Shown piece by piece: positions 32,766 to 43,031 of a DNA stretch of 64,000 nucleotides; position 1 is the first letter of the stretch; the number at the start of each line of letters is the position of its first letter. A model generated the notes under the pieces. That model ran no database searches, was not told the origin of the DNA, and saw nothing but the letters and a program-made list of their open reading frames with translations. The position numbers and the translations under genes are program-made. This DNA is from Andalucia godoyi And28 (lineage: Eukaryota > Protista > Jakobida): the NCBI GenBank assembly GCA_009859145.1, contig VRVR01000001.1, positions 487,636-551,635 of the forward strand, given 5' to 3'.

Positions 32766-35700
32766 CTATTTCCTGCGTTGTGCAAGAGACGCTCGCATCG
32801 CCAGAACTTGGGACCGAAGAGCCTCCCGCTTGCGCCGGCGGATTTCAGCGTCCTCCAAAACAGATGCCGGCGATGTTGAACGTGGCGGTGACGCACTCGC
32901 ACCTCTATCCTGAATACTCGCGGGTTGTTCTCGAGGAGGAGAAACAGCGGTTCGGGGTATCTGTCGATTGTGTGGCTCTGCGGTCGTGGGCGTCTTCGAA
33001 GACGATGCAACAGAAGACTGTCTCGTGGTACTCGTAGCCATTGCTGTCGACGACGATTTTCCCGGCGCTGGTACCGAGGTCGCAAGCGCACTGGTGACAG
33101 CTTGAGATGGGCTCGAGGTCATGGGAGATGCACGGGATGCTGGAGGCTGCATCACAGATCGCGAAGTTGGAGGCTGCACTGTCGACTTCGGCAGATCCCG
33201 AAAAGGAGATGTGCTGCGATTTCGTGCCGCTGACTGTGCGCGACTGGTGGCTTCCGCGCCCCTCGATGGCTTACTAGACTTTTGTCCGTGCTTCGGCGGA
33301 GAAGCATTGGCAACACCATTGCTGTTGACCGTCGTCGATATCGCTGTTGTGGTGGACATAGACGTGGCCGCCGCCTCGGCAGCACTGCGCAACGCTCGGA
33401 GATACGGTCCGTAAAGTGCTTCCAGATATGCTTTGAGCATAACCGACCTCTTCTTTTCGCCTGTTTTCTCATTGGATGGAATGTCCACGACCAACGCACC
33501 GTTATTGGAGAGCCGAATAGACACGACTTGATCCAACTGGTACACTCCCGATTCGAGGCGGCGAACATCAACTTTGAATGGCCATTTCAGTTCACGCAAG
33601 AATGCACACACAGAGACATCCACGGGATCTCGTGGATCATCTGTCACATACTCCAACGCACCTGCATGAGAAGACTTGATCTGGTCAAGAATTCCAAGTA
33701 CTTGTCGCCGGGTCTGCTTCAGAGACTGGTCATCCAATAAGTCATTCGAGCGCTCAATGCGAGATCGGAGAGACTGGACAAGGTTTTGATACGCCACAAG
33801 ATCCTCTTCAAAAATACGCCGTCGTTTTTCCATTTCCTCATCTTTCTTCCGCAGGAGTGCTCGAAGAAGCCCGTTTTCCTCTTCTAGGATGTGCTCAACT
33901 GTCATCCACAGCCCATGCGAGACGGGACTGGATGTCGCACCGGATGATTGCTTGGGCATCGTGCGTGCATGGTCATCTGTCGAAGCTCGATCAGGATGCT
34001 CGTTCGACGGCTGGCCGCCTCCGACAACCGTAGAATTCACAGACAGCTTCATGTCTTCCAATGCTTGTTGCGTGTGCAGGAGCTGCATGGACAGAGCCTG
34101 CACAAGCTGTTGCGCTCGGCTGTTTTTGATGTTCCACGACTGCAAGGCATTCCCAAATGCAGAGTGAAGTTTCTGGAAGATGTCAATGTTCAAACAGCCC
34201 ATGAGCATTTGAACGTCTTGCTGCAGCGCCTGAATGGCCTTCTTCATTGGAACGATACGGTTCACGTACTCGTTCGAGAGAAAAGACCGCAATAACATAA
34301 AGTCGTTCTTTTGCTTTGCATGCTCCTGCGCGATCTTGGCCAAATCCGACTGGTACTGCATAACTTCTTCATGGAACTTTTCCATCATATCCAAATACTC
34401 GTCACGCTCCGACATCAGAGCTGCATTCGTCAACTCCAATTCAGCAATTCGAGACAAGTTCCCGTCATTCTCGCGCCGGAGTCCGGAATAGCGGTCCTCA
34501 TGCTCCCCCAGTCTTCGAGAAATCTCGGAGAATTTGGACTGCTGCGAAGACAGATCGAACTGCAGTTTTCGATTTTCGATCTCCAGGGTTCGTACCTTGG
34601 ATTCCAGTTGAACAACTTTCTGGGGCGTACTGATTCCAACGCTGGGTGACGATGGCCGTGCACTCCCGGATGTTGCGGAATCCAGGTTCGAGACATACGA
34701 ATCTCCTTCCACAAAGGCCGAAGCACTTCGCGCGCGCGTAGGACCTTGTGAAGATGGCGTTTCCCTATTCCTGGCGTCTTCCGCTGAAGAGTGAGAGCTT
34801 TGAGAGACGGTAGCCGAAGAGGCGCTTGAAGAGGTACCATTGGAGTATGCCAAAGATGGTTCTGTATGAGTTGATTTGAATGGGGCCAGCGGAGTCGCTG
34901 TTGCATTTGGTCGTGGAGCTGCGCTTTCGGATCGATTTTCTACCGGGAAAGATTTGAAAGTCGCTTGGGATCCGGTGGATGCCGCAGGAACCGCCGTGGA
35001 AGAATACGTAGAAGAAGTCGAGGGCTTGTTAAAATTGGAAGCTGCGGCAATGGATGCGGGCTCAGACAATTTTGGTGGTGACCGTGCTCCCACTAGAGAT
35101 GCATGCGTTGATGACCGTTCCAGCACGCTAGGAGAAGTGGATTCGACTTTGGATCGATTCAGAGAGGCTGAACTGGCGGATCGATCGATTGGTCTGCGTT
35201 CTCTCGCCGGCGACTCCTCGATTGATACATTCGAGGAATTGCTGGAATTTGTCGGCAATGACTTCTGGTACTGGGATGTATACTTTGCAATAATCGCTTC
35301 GTAATCGACGTTGTCGCTTGATACGGAGGAAGTGCTTCGATTGACAGATGCATCCTCGGGGGCGGGTCCGGCATTGTGAGTGGCCGCAGCAGAAGCAGCA
35401 GGAGCAGCAGATGCAGCAGGAACAACTGCTGTTGACGACGAGGAGGTGCTTGCGGTTGTGGTAGAATTGGAAGACGAGGAAGCAGAAATACTTGCCGAGC
35501 TTGCCGGTTTCGGAGCTTCATTCGGGGGTCTGTTTGACGGAAGGGGGGCAGCAGAAGATGGTTGATAGGACGTTGAAGGAGGCGGTTGTGGCTTTTCCTT
35601 GACTGCTTCTCTTTCTGAGCCTCCAGGAACTTCGATCGGCTCAAGTATCCTAAATCCGAACTGAATGAGTATTTCGCGGTCAACATCGGACAGCGACCGG

Positions 35701-35945
35701 ACAAAATCTCTCCAGCTTTTGCATTGATCTGCCCGTCTGAGAAATTCATCGAAGTCTGCAACAATTTCCAGCGTTTGCACATGCGCCAGGACCAATTCTT
35801 CATCAACGGCACTTTCGGCTTCCGTCTTGGGTTTGTCCGAAGTCCGGTTCGGCGACAGCAAATCCTCCAAGCTCTTGGCTTCGTCTCGCAACGTGTCGCG
35901 CAATTGAAGCAAAGACTCTCTGGTAAAGGACTTTTTGTCGTTCAT
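32766..35945 (-). CDS. Large Ser/Pro-rich coiled-coil protein with a GAS2/GAR-like domain
   Basis: Central coiled coil, then DPVDVSVCAFL...VRRLESGVYQL...VVSIRL...LKAYLEALY, resembling GAS2. First ATG at 35945. Confidence 0.7.
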   Translation of the reverse strand: MNDKKSFTRESLLQLRDTLRDEAKSLEDLLSPNRTSDKPKTEAESAVDEELVLAHVQTLEIVADFDEFLRRADQCKSWRDFVRSLSDVDREILIQFGFRILEPIEVPGGSEREAVKEKPQPPPSTSYQPSSAAPLPSNRPPNEAPKPASSASISASSSSNSTTTASTSSSSTAVVPAASAAPAASAAATHNAGPAPEDASVNRSTSSVSSDNVDYEAIIAKYTSQYQKSLPTNSSNSSNVSIEESPARERRPIDRSASSASLNRSKVESTSPSVLERSSTHASLVGARSPPKLSEPASIAAASNFNKPSTSSTYSSTAVPAASTGSQATFKSFPVENRSESAAPRPNATATPLAPFKSTHTEPSLAYSNGTSSSASSATVSQSSHSSAEDARNRETPSSQGPTRARSASAFVEGDSYVSNLDSATSGSARPSSPSVGISTPQKVVQLESKVRTLEIENRKLQFDLSSQQSKFSEISRRLGEHEDRYSGLRRENDGNLSRIAELELTNAALMSERDEYLDMMEKFHEEVMQYQSDLAKIAQEHAKQKNDFMLLRSFLSNEYVNRIVPMKKAIQALQQDVQMLMGCLNIDIFQKLHSAFGNALQSWNIKNSRAQQLVQALSMQLLHTQQALEDMKLSVNSTVVGGGQPSNEHPDRASTDDHARTMPKQSSGATSSPVSHGLWMTVEHILEEENGLLRALLRKKDEEMEKRRRIFEEDLVAYQNLVQSLRSRIERSNDLLDDQSLKQTRRQVLGILDQIKSSHAGALEYVTDDPRDPVDVSVCAFLRELKWPFKVDVRRLESGVYQLDQVVSIRLSNNGALVVDIPSNEKTGEKKRSVMLKAYLEALYGPYLRALRSAAEAAATSMSTTTAISTTVNSNGVANASPPKHGQKSSKPSRGAEATSRAQSAARNRSTSPFRDLPKSTVQPPTSRSVMQPPASRASPMTSSPSQAVTSALATSVPAPGKSSSTAMATSTTRQSSVASSSKTPTTAEPHNRQIPRTAVSPPREQPASIQDRGASASPPRSTSPASVLEDAEIRRRKREALRSQVLAMRASLAQRRK

Positions 35946-36486
35946 TCCAACACGCACACGGCCCACTCAGGCACTCTAAATTCAGAGCAACCCCTCAGAA
36001 TGCACAAAGAAAACAACAACAACAGCAAATTAAAAAAATTAAAAAAAATTAAAAAACCGCGAGAAAATGGAAACAAAACCAAACGCACAAAAAAGCCTCC
36101 TTTTCAGATTGCTGCAGCCTCGGAATCACCGAATGTTCAGCCCCTTGATAATGTCTGACGCACCAAAATGAATGAAAACAAACCAGCAATGAAACAAGAA
36201 GCAGTAACAGAGTGAGTGTCGTTCAGTGCAGCGCACTCGGGAAATCGGAACGTTGGCTTCTTTGGCACTTCGATTTGCCCTAATGCAAAAACAAAAGGGG
36301 GAAAAAAAATAAGGGAATGGATGCCCGCAAAGGATCGACATCCCATTCGACTACAGTCAGCAGTCGAGATGCGTCTCTGGGGGGTTGCGAGCCTTGTCCC
36401 GAATCCCCGCAAGGCTGCCGCAACTTGCGGGTTGCTCTGGGTATTTCGGAATCGTCGCGAAGCATCTGGCTCTCTGCAAGGTTTGT

Positions 36487-36924
36487 ATGCAGTTCTATCA
36501 GCACACTGTTACAGTTCAAGAGCATCCGCGAGGATGCCATTTAGTCACCGATCGCGTGATTGACAAGGATGTGCTGCGCAGCGTGTCCAAGTTGCAAGTT
36601 GGACTGATCCATGTTTTCCTGCAGCACACATCGGCCTCGCTGTTCATAGGCGAGAACGCAGACCGAAGTGTCCGAACGGACATGGATCGCGCAATCGAGA
36701 AGATGGTTCCGGAGACCATGGTAGAGTGGCGCCACGGCAGCGAGGAAGGCCCCGATGACATGCCCGCCCATGTCAAGAATGCTCTCTTTGGATGCTCGGT
36801 CACCATACCTGTTACGAAGGGTAGGCCCAGTCTGGGAACTTGGCAGGGTCTCTGGCTCGCCGAGCACCGAAATCATGGTGGACCACGAACCGTCATCGTC
36901 ACAGTTCAGGGCTCGTCGGAATAG
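36487..36924 (+). CDS. yjbQ: YjbQ/UPF0047 family protein
   Basis: RGCHLVTD, HTSASLFIGENAD, HGSEEGPDDMPAHVK and LGTWQGLWLAEHR. Confidence 0.92.
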   Translation: MQFYQHTVTVQEHPRGCHLVTDRVIDKDVLRSVSKLQVGLIHVFLQHTSASLFIGENADRSVRTDMDRAIEKMVPETMVEWRHGSEEGPDDMPAHVKNALFGCSVTIPVTKGRPSLGTWQGLWLAEHRNHGGPRTVIVTVQGSSE

Positions 36925-37306
36925 CCCCTCTTTCCCAACTCCCTCCCCTTGTCATTGTCATCATCATCGTTGCGTGTACACTCATATATAAAACATCTTC
37001 AAATGCGTACATGTTTTTCACTTCTACCATGCGCTCCTTTCCTACAAACGCCGCTGGCGATGAACCACGCTTCCTGCTTCCAGCACAGCGCAGGGCCCAC
37101 CCCTGGCTGCAGCCGGGGCTCGTTTCCCGTGTTTTTTTTCTTCTCTCAGCTGCTGTAAGAGACTTCCAGTGAACCCATCTGGAGGGGACCGTTCGGCCTG
37201 TTCCAGTTTTGGTGTCTTTTTCCCACAAAAGGACTGTTTCTACGTTTAACTGAGCGTCTGTTGGCTGGAAAAGGCACACGGAAAGAAGGACACAATACAG
37301 CATAGC

Positions 37307-37885
37307 ATGTTGCAGGGACCCTTTATCCGGCTTCGGCGCGTACTTCGCAGACACAAAAAGTCCATTACGGCCGCCGTGATCATTTCGGCTGCGCTGTACT
37401 GTGTCCATCGCTCGAACCCTGCGCTGCTGTCACGGTTCCGCTCGTGGCTTGTGTCGAATGTTCCTTTTCTTCGTATATTTGGATCGCAGTCTTCAGCGTC
37501 CAATACGCTTCTCTCCCTTCGTGCGCAGCGAAACCAGCACTTTTCGTCAACGCAGGAACAGACCAAACGCGTTACTTCGTCGCTTCTCTCGCATTGGTGG
37601 TCGTCGATTCTCCAACCTAGATTCTCAACAGTAGAAATTAGAAGGCATTTGCAGCAACAGACGGCCGCGAAATACAGCTCGGAGCAAGAGGAAAAGGCTG
37701 CGAATGCGGAAAAGGCCAGGGTTTTTGGACTCGTTGCTCGTCGACATGCTACACAGTTGGTCGTTGGGATGTATGCTGCAGTGTATGCATACGTCTGGAG
37801 CGCTGTTCAAATGTCGGTTGTCGGAAGGGAGGTGTTTTATAAGTCGTTTGCAGCACAACGGAACTCCACAACTTTGCGCACTCCG

Positions 37886-37933
<48 letters not shown>

Positions 37934-38806
37934 CCAGCATCAGCAGCATTAACTGCAGCATCACCGTCGTCGTCATCGTCTGATCCCTCTATTCTTCTCG
38001 GCGCGTCTTCTTCGACAGGATTAGCCACATCGGGTATGTCGTCCTCTGTTGCGGGTTCGATTCCGGCCGGGATTCACGGCCTGTTGTCGGAAGAGAATGG
38101 AGACAACTTGTTTGTGCCGTCTGCCGAGATTGACGCATTGCTGCAGGCCGGAAAGAACTTGCAAATGAGCAAGTTTGTTGAAAAGACGACGGAATTGCTC
38201 ACTCCGTGTGTCGATGCATTCTGTCTGCAAAACGACGTCTCTGCGACGGTTTCGCTCGAGAGCATTCTGCAGTTCCTCGGACAGTGCAGAGACGCTGTGG
38301 AGGGAACCGTGGCGGAAGCAAAGTTTGCGATTTCGCTTGTAGAGTTTCTGCCTCCAGAGCTCCGTTTACCAGCAGCTGGCTCTGGAGCATCAGCATCAGC
38401 GAGTCGTAGCAATGTGGACACTGTGAAGCTGCGGTCTGAAATGCTGACGCTTTGCTCCTCACGTGATTTTGAGACGCTGTTTTCTGCATGCGCAAACGCA
38501 GTGTTTTTGGTCGTTGCAAATCGGCTGCGGTCCTTGCTAACGACCGCGCCGCCTCCTCCTCCTCCCCACGCGCTTTCCACGTCTGCTTCTTCTCCGGCGT
38601 CTTCCTCATCATCGTCGACGTCTGCGGATGCTTCGAAGCAGGACGCAGGAATCAAGTGGGCGCATCTCGTCCCATCGCTTGCAAAACTCGCAAAACGAGT
38701 AGCCACAGAACCGGACAGCGTGGATGCAATGGCTCGGGAGGAAATTGTGGTCCGACTGTGTACGTATGTGTATGCGCTTGGCGAAGACGCTCTGTTCCCA
38801 GCCTGA
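37307..38806 (+). CDS. PEX3: Peroxisomal membrane biogenesis factor PEX3
   Basis: Basic N-terminus LRRHKK plus a TM helix, RNQHFSSTQEQ (Pex3 HFExxQ-like), helical body and Ser-rich insert. Confidence 0.8.
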
Positions 38807-39090
38807 TAGGTGGTAGCGAAATAAAACCGCTCTGTCTCCCTTCCCCCAACCTTTTTCCTTTCCGTTTTTCTGCAGCAAACAAACTGCATGCTTCGCGTCT
38901 GCTGTACTTGCAGAGAACGCGCACCAGCTTCGCCATTTTTTCCCCTTTTCAAAGCAGGGACTTTTTGCTCTCTGTTTTTTGTTGTTGTGTTGCTAAACGG
39001 ACGCCTTTTCTGTGTTTCTCTCGTTTTCATTTTGCTTTGTACTTTTTATGTGTTGTTTATCGTCACTTTCCAAACACACCTCTTCATAGC

Positions 39091-39131
39091 AGAATCAGAA
39101 TCAGAATCAGAATCAGAATCAGAATCAGAAT
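39091..39131 (+). repeat. (AGAATC)n hexamer array, ~7 units, just upstream of the CysRS start
   Basis: Directly visible tandem array. Confidence 0.9.
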
Positions 39132-39154
39132 AAGACTAGGAAGCTGCAGGAAAT

Positions 39155-41029
39155 ATGGCTGGAATCCGTGTGCTGAACTCCTTGTCAAAGACAAAGGAAG
39201 AGTTTATCCCGATTACGCCTGGGCTCGTGAAGTGGTATACCTGCGGACCAACGGTGTACGACGAGGCTCACATTGGCCATGGCCGCAACTACGTCTCGAT
39301 CGACATTCTTCGTCGAGTGTTGGAGGATTACTTTAATCTTCAAACGACCTTTGTGATGAATATCACCGATGTTGACGACAAGATCATTCTTCGTGGAAAT
39401 CTGCTGTTTCTGAAGCAGCTTCTTCAATGCGAGGCCGCCGCGGCCGTTGCTTCTGAAAGCTTCTTTTTGGAAGCAAAGTCGATTGCCGACGACGAGAAAA
39501 ACGAAAAGAATATGGCAAGGCTGTTGAATGCGCAGCAGATGTTGCTGAAGGGATTCGAAGCGAAAGGTATCTCGAAGGACAAGTATCCGAACTCCGCGGA
39601 CTACGATGCGGTTTCGCGGAGATTCGAAAGAGAGTTCTTGGAGGACATGGACCGGCTGAATGTGAAGCGTCCGCATGCTCTCACAAGGGTCACGGAATAT
39701 GTTGAGGAGATTGTTTCGTACATCCAGAAGATCGTGGGACATGGGTATGCATACGAATCTGCCGGAAGCGTGTATTTTGACGTCAAGGCGTTCCAGGCCC
39801 GACACACGTACGCAAAGCTGCAGCCGAACGCCGTTGGAAATGCGGAGCTGTTCCAAGAAGGTGAGGGATCGCTGTCCGTAGAGCTCACTTCGCAGAAGCG
39901 ATCCAACATGGACTTTGCTCTCTGGAAGGCATCCAAGGCAGGCGAGCCTGCGTGGAATTCTCCATGGGGTGCAGGTCGCCCGGGGTGGCACATTGAGTGC
40001 TCGGCCATGGCTTCGGATATTCTCGGTGACAAGATCGATCTCCACTCCGGAGGCATTGATCTTCTCTTTCCGCACCATGACAATGAGATTGCGCAGGCAG
40101 AGGCTCACGGAGATTGCGATGAGTGGGTGAACTATTGGATGCACGTGGGGCACTTGCACATCCAAGGACTCAAAATGTCCCGGTCAAAAAAGAATTTCTT
40201 TTCCATCCGGTCGATTCTTGAAAGATTCACGGCGAATCAGATTAGAATGTTTTGCGCACTGCACAAATACGAGGCTCCTGTGGACTACTCGGAAAATGCC
40301 ATGGAGCGCTGCGTCTCCATTGAGAAGATCTTCTCAGAGTATTTCTCAAACACCAAGATTTACCTCCGTTCAGTTTTGAAGGAGAACGGTGCTGTTTTGA
40401 AACACGAGAAGTATGTTGCCGCCGACTTCAACATGCAAAAGACGCTGTCTGCTGCCCAGATTGCCATTGATCACGCATTTCGAGACAACTTCAACATTCC
40501 GCTTGCAATGGAAAATTTGCAAGATCTTGTTCGCGCATCGAACGCGTACGTGTCGACGGGCGTGTCAAAACCGAATCTTGTGCTGGGAGTCGCGCAGTTT
40601 GTTGCTCGAATGATGTCCCTATTTGGATTCACGGACAACTTGGATGCGACTGCTTCTCTTCGACTTGCGGCCAGCCAGGCGACAGATTCCAACGTGTCGA
40701 AGGAGGTCATCGTTGGTCCGTATCTGGATGCACTTGCGCAATTCAGAGGCCAAGTCCGTTCGCTAGCCAGGGAGAAGCAGCTGCCCACCGCGTTCCTCGA
40801 GCTGTGTGACGATCTTCGTGATAACGTGCTCCTCGATATCGGAGTTCGCCTCGAAGATGCCCAGGGGGTTCTTGCGTGGAAACTTGGAGATCCCAAAGAG
40901 TTCCGTGCGGAGCGCCAAAGGACCTTGGACGCTGCAGAGGCGAAGAGAAAGGCAAAGGAAGAGGCCAAGCTGAAGGCCGCGGAAAAAGAGCAAGCCAAGC
41001 GAGAGAAAGCTGCCAAACCGTCGAGTTAA
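39155..41029 (+). CDS. CARS: Cysteinyl-tRNA synthetase, eukaryotic type
   Basis: WYTCGPTVYD, HIGH, MNITDVDDKII, DFALWK, GRPGWHIECSAM, FPHHDNE and KMSRS. Confidence 0.95.
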   Translation: MAGIRVLNSLSKTKEEFIPITPGLVKWYTCGPTVYDEAHIGHGRNYVSIDILRRVLEDYFNLQTTFVMNITDVDDKIILRGNLLFLKQLLQCEAAAAVASESFFLEAKSIADDEKNEKNMARLLNAQQMLLKGFEAKGISKDKYPNSADYDAVSRRFEREFLEDMDRLNVKRPHALTRVTEYVEEIVSYIQKIVGHGYAYESAGSVYFDVKAFQARHTYAKLQPNAVGNAELFQEGEGSLSVELTSQKRSNMDFALWKASKAGEPAWNSPWGAGRPGWHIECSAMASDILGDKIDLHSGGIDLLFPHHDNEIAQAEAHGDCDEWVNYWMHVGHLHIQGLKMSRSKKNFFSIRSILERFTANQIRMFCALHKYEAPVDYSENAMERCVSIEKIFSEYFSNTKIYLRSVLKENGAVLKHEKYVAADFNMQKTLSAAQIAIDHAFRDNFNIPLAMENLQDLVRASNAYVSTGVSKPNLVLGVAQFVARMMSLFGFTDNLDATASLRLAASQATDSNVSKEVIVGPYLDALAQFRGQVRSLAREKQLPTAFLELCDDLRDNVLLDIGVRLEDAQGVLAWKLGDPKEFRAERQRTLDAAEAKRKAKEEAKLKAAEKEQAKREKAAKPSS

Positions 41030-41459
41030 CTTTCTTTCGTCTTGAAGCATAAATTCATGTTGCACTCTTCTTTGTCTTTATTGTTATTTTCTTCCTCCCT
41101 TCCTTCTTCGTCCATCCGATACTTTGCAGCTTGCCCCTTCTCCTGCAACTCGTCGACAATGTAAAATCCACCAAATTATCAATCGAAACAATAATAGTAT
41201 AGGCGCAATTGTGCCCAGTAATGACTGTCATATGCATTGTTTTTCGGCTGGAATGGAAGGACACTGGTCTCAACGAATCAGTCAAAAAAGAAAGGAAAAA
41301 GCAAAACAAACAAACAAACAACCTTGAAAACGGATGGCGAGGTTGTGGAGAAAGAAGCACCCAACACAGCCGTGCGACCATGAGGGTCACGTGCAGCTCC
41401 ATGATTAAAATATATATATAAAATAAAGAAGAAACGCAGGAACTGTCAAGGACGGTAAA

Positions 41460-41618
<159 letters not shown>

Positions 41619-41822
41619 AAAGACTGCTCAGCTTGCGAGCTTTCCTGCCATCTGTAATTAAAAAAACAACGCCGCAAATATCGCCGACATGACGACCTGC
41701 AAGTGCAGCGTGCAAGTTGCAACTTTTTGCATCTTCCTGCAGTCCTGAAGCTGCTGCTTCTTATGATGTGCGATGATTGAGAGGCACTTTTGTTTTTGAG
41801 ATTTTCAAAGAACCCGTTCAAC

Positions 41823-42875
41823 ATGACCGCTGTTACATTTCCGTTCACCATCAATGCATATGCATGTTTTGAAGCCAAGGGAGAGCTGAAGCCGCACAAG
41901 GTGACGGTGGAGAAGCTGGAACCGTTTGAGATTCTCATCGAAGTCCATTTTTGCGGTGTTTGCAGATCCGATATCCATCTTCAGCAGGCCAACTGGGGCC
42001 CAGGAATGTCCCATTTCCCCCAGATCTTTGGGCACGAAGTGGTCGGAAACGTCCTTGCGGTTGGTTCGGCTGTGAAGACCCATGCAATCGGCGATCGAGT
42101 TGCCCTCGGATGGCAGGCAGGATCGTGCATGGCATGCAATTTCTGCATGTCTGGAGAACAGCAGCTGTGCAACTCCAGTGTTGGAACGCCTCTTGGACTT
42201 CGTGGTGGGTTTGCCCATCACACGGTTGCAGATGCACGATTTGCAATTCGGGTGCCAGATAATCTGAAATCTGCCGAGGTTGCACCGTTGCTTTGCGGAG
42301 GATGCACAGTGTTCAACCCGATCGTCAAGAACGCCAAGCCTGGCGACCGAATCGGTGTCATTGGCATCGGCGGACTGGGTTCCATGGCATTGCAGTTTGC
42401 AAGAGCGATCGGATGCGAAGCAGTTGCCTTTACATCCACTTCCAGCAAGGTGAATGACATTAAGGAGCAGATTGGCGCACACCGCGTGATTGTGACTTCG
42501 GATGAGGCACAAATGCGCGCGGCTGCGGGATCTCTGGACCTCATTATCAACACCCTTGATGTGAACATGGATGTTTCCACGTACCTCAGCACCCTTGGCA
42601 AGCAGGGAAAATTTGTCTTGCTCGGCGGGATCCCGAAGGTTGAGCTGAGCGGCACAGACATCTTCGGACATTTCATTGCAGGAGGCAAGTGTGTACTGGG
42701 ATCCGTGATTGGGTCTCCCATGACGATTGAGCGCATGCTCAACGTTTCATCGTACAACAACGTCCGGCCGATTATTGAAATCTTTCCGCATTCCAAGATT
42801 AACGAGGCTCTGAACCACACTGCAAGCGGCAAGGCCCGATTCCGCACGGTTGTGCAGTTCAAGGAGGATGCTTAG
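41823..42875 (+). CDS. Zn-dependent alcohol dehydrogenase / aldehyde reductase (CAD/Ahr-like MDR)
   Basis: CGVCRSD, GHEVVG, structural-Zn CxxCxxC...C, APLLCGGCTV and GIGGLG. Confidence 0.92.
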   Translation: MTAVTFPFTINAYACFEAKGELKPHKVTVEKLEPFEILIEVHFCGVCRSDIHLQQANWGPGMSHFPQIFGHEVVGNVLAVGSAVKTHAIGDRVALGWQAGSCMACNFCMSGEQQLCNSSVGTPLGLRGGFAHHTVADARFAIRVPDNLKSAEVAPLLCGGCTVFNPIVKNAKPGDRIGVIGIGGLGSMALQFARAIGCEAVAFTSTSSKVNDIKEQIGAHRVIVTSDEAQMRAAAGSLDLIINTLDVNMDVSTYLSTLGKQGKFVLLGGIPKVELSGTDIFGHFIAGGKCVLGSVIGSPMTIERMLNVSSYNNVRPIIEIFPHSKINEALNHTASGKARFRTVVQFKEDA

Positions 42876-43031
42876 CAGCCTCCCCGGTCCACATGGCACG
42901 TGACCACGTTTGTGTCCCCACTGTCTCTCTCCAGTGTACTTGTGTGTTTGTTGAAAACAGAAAAGAAAAGAAAAGAAGAAAAGAAAGTTTGTTCCGTAAA
43001 TGTTCTGATGTTAGCGGCGATGGAGACTCCA

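Noticed and set aside
38049-38068. GGTTCGATTCC tRNA T-arm-like motif
   Set aside because: Inside the PEX3 CDS, with an imperfect T-stem and no D-arm or acceptor stem. No tRNA or rRNA genes were found in the window.
21749-38806. PEX11/PEX3 or microtubule-gene clustering as a functional cluster
   Set aside because: The genes are separated by unrelated loci, and co-occurrence in a ~32-gene window is compatible with chance.
39185-40165. Long antisense ORFs (also 11469-12512, 41805-42671, 4964-5509, 38074-39030)
   Set aside because: Shadows of well-supported genes on the opposite strand.
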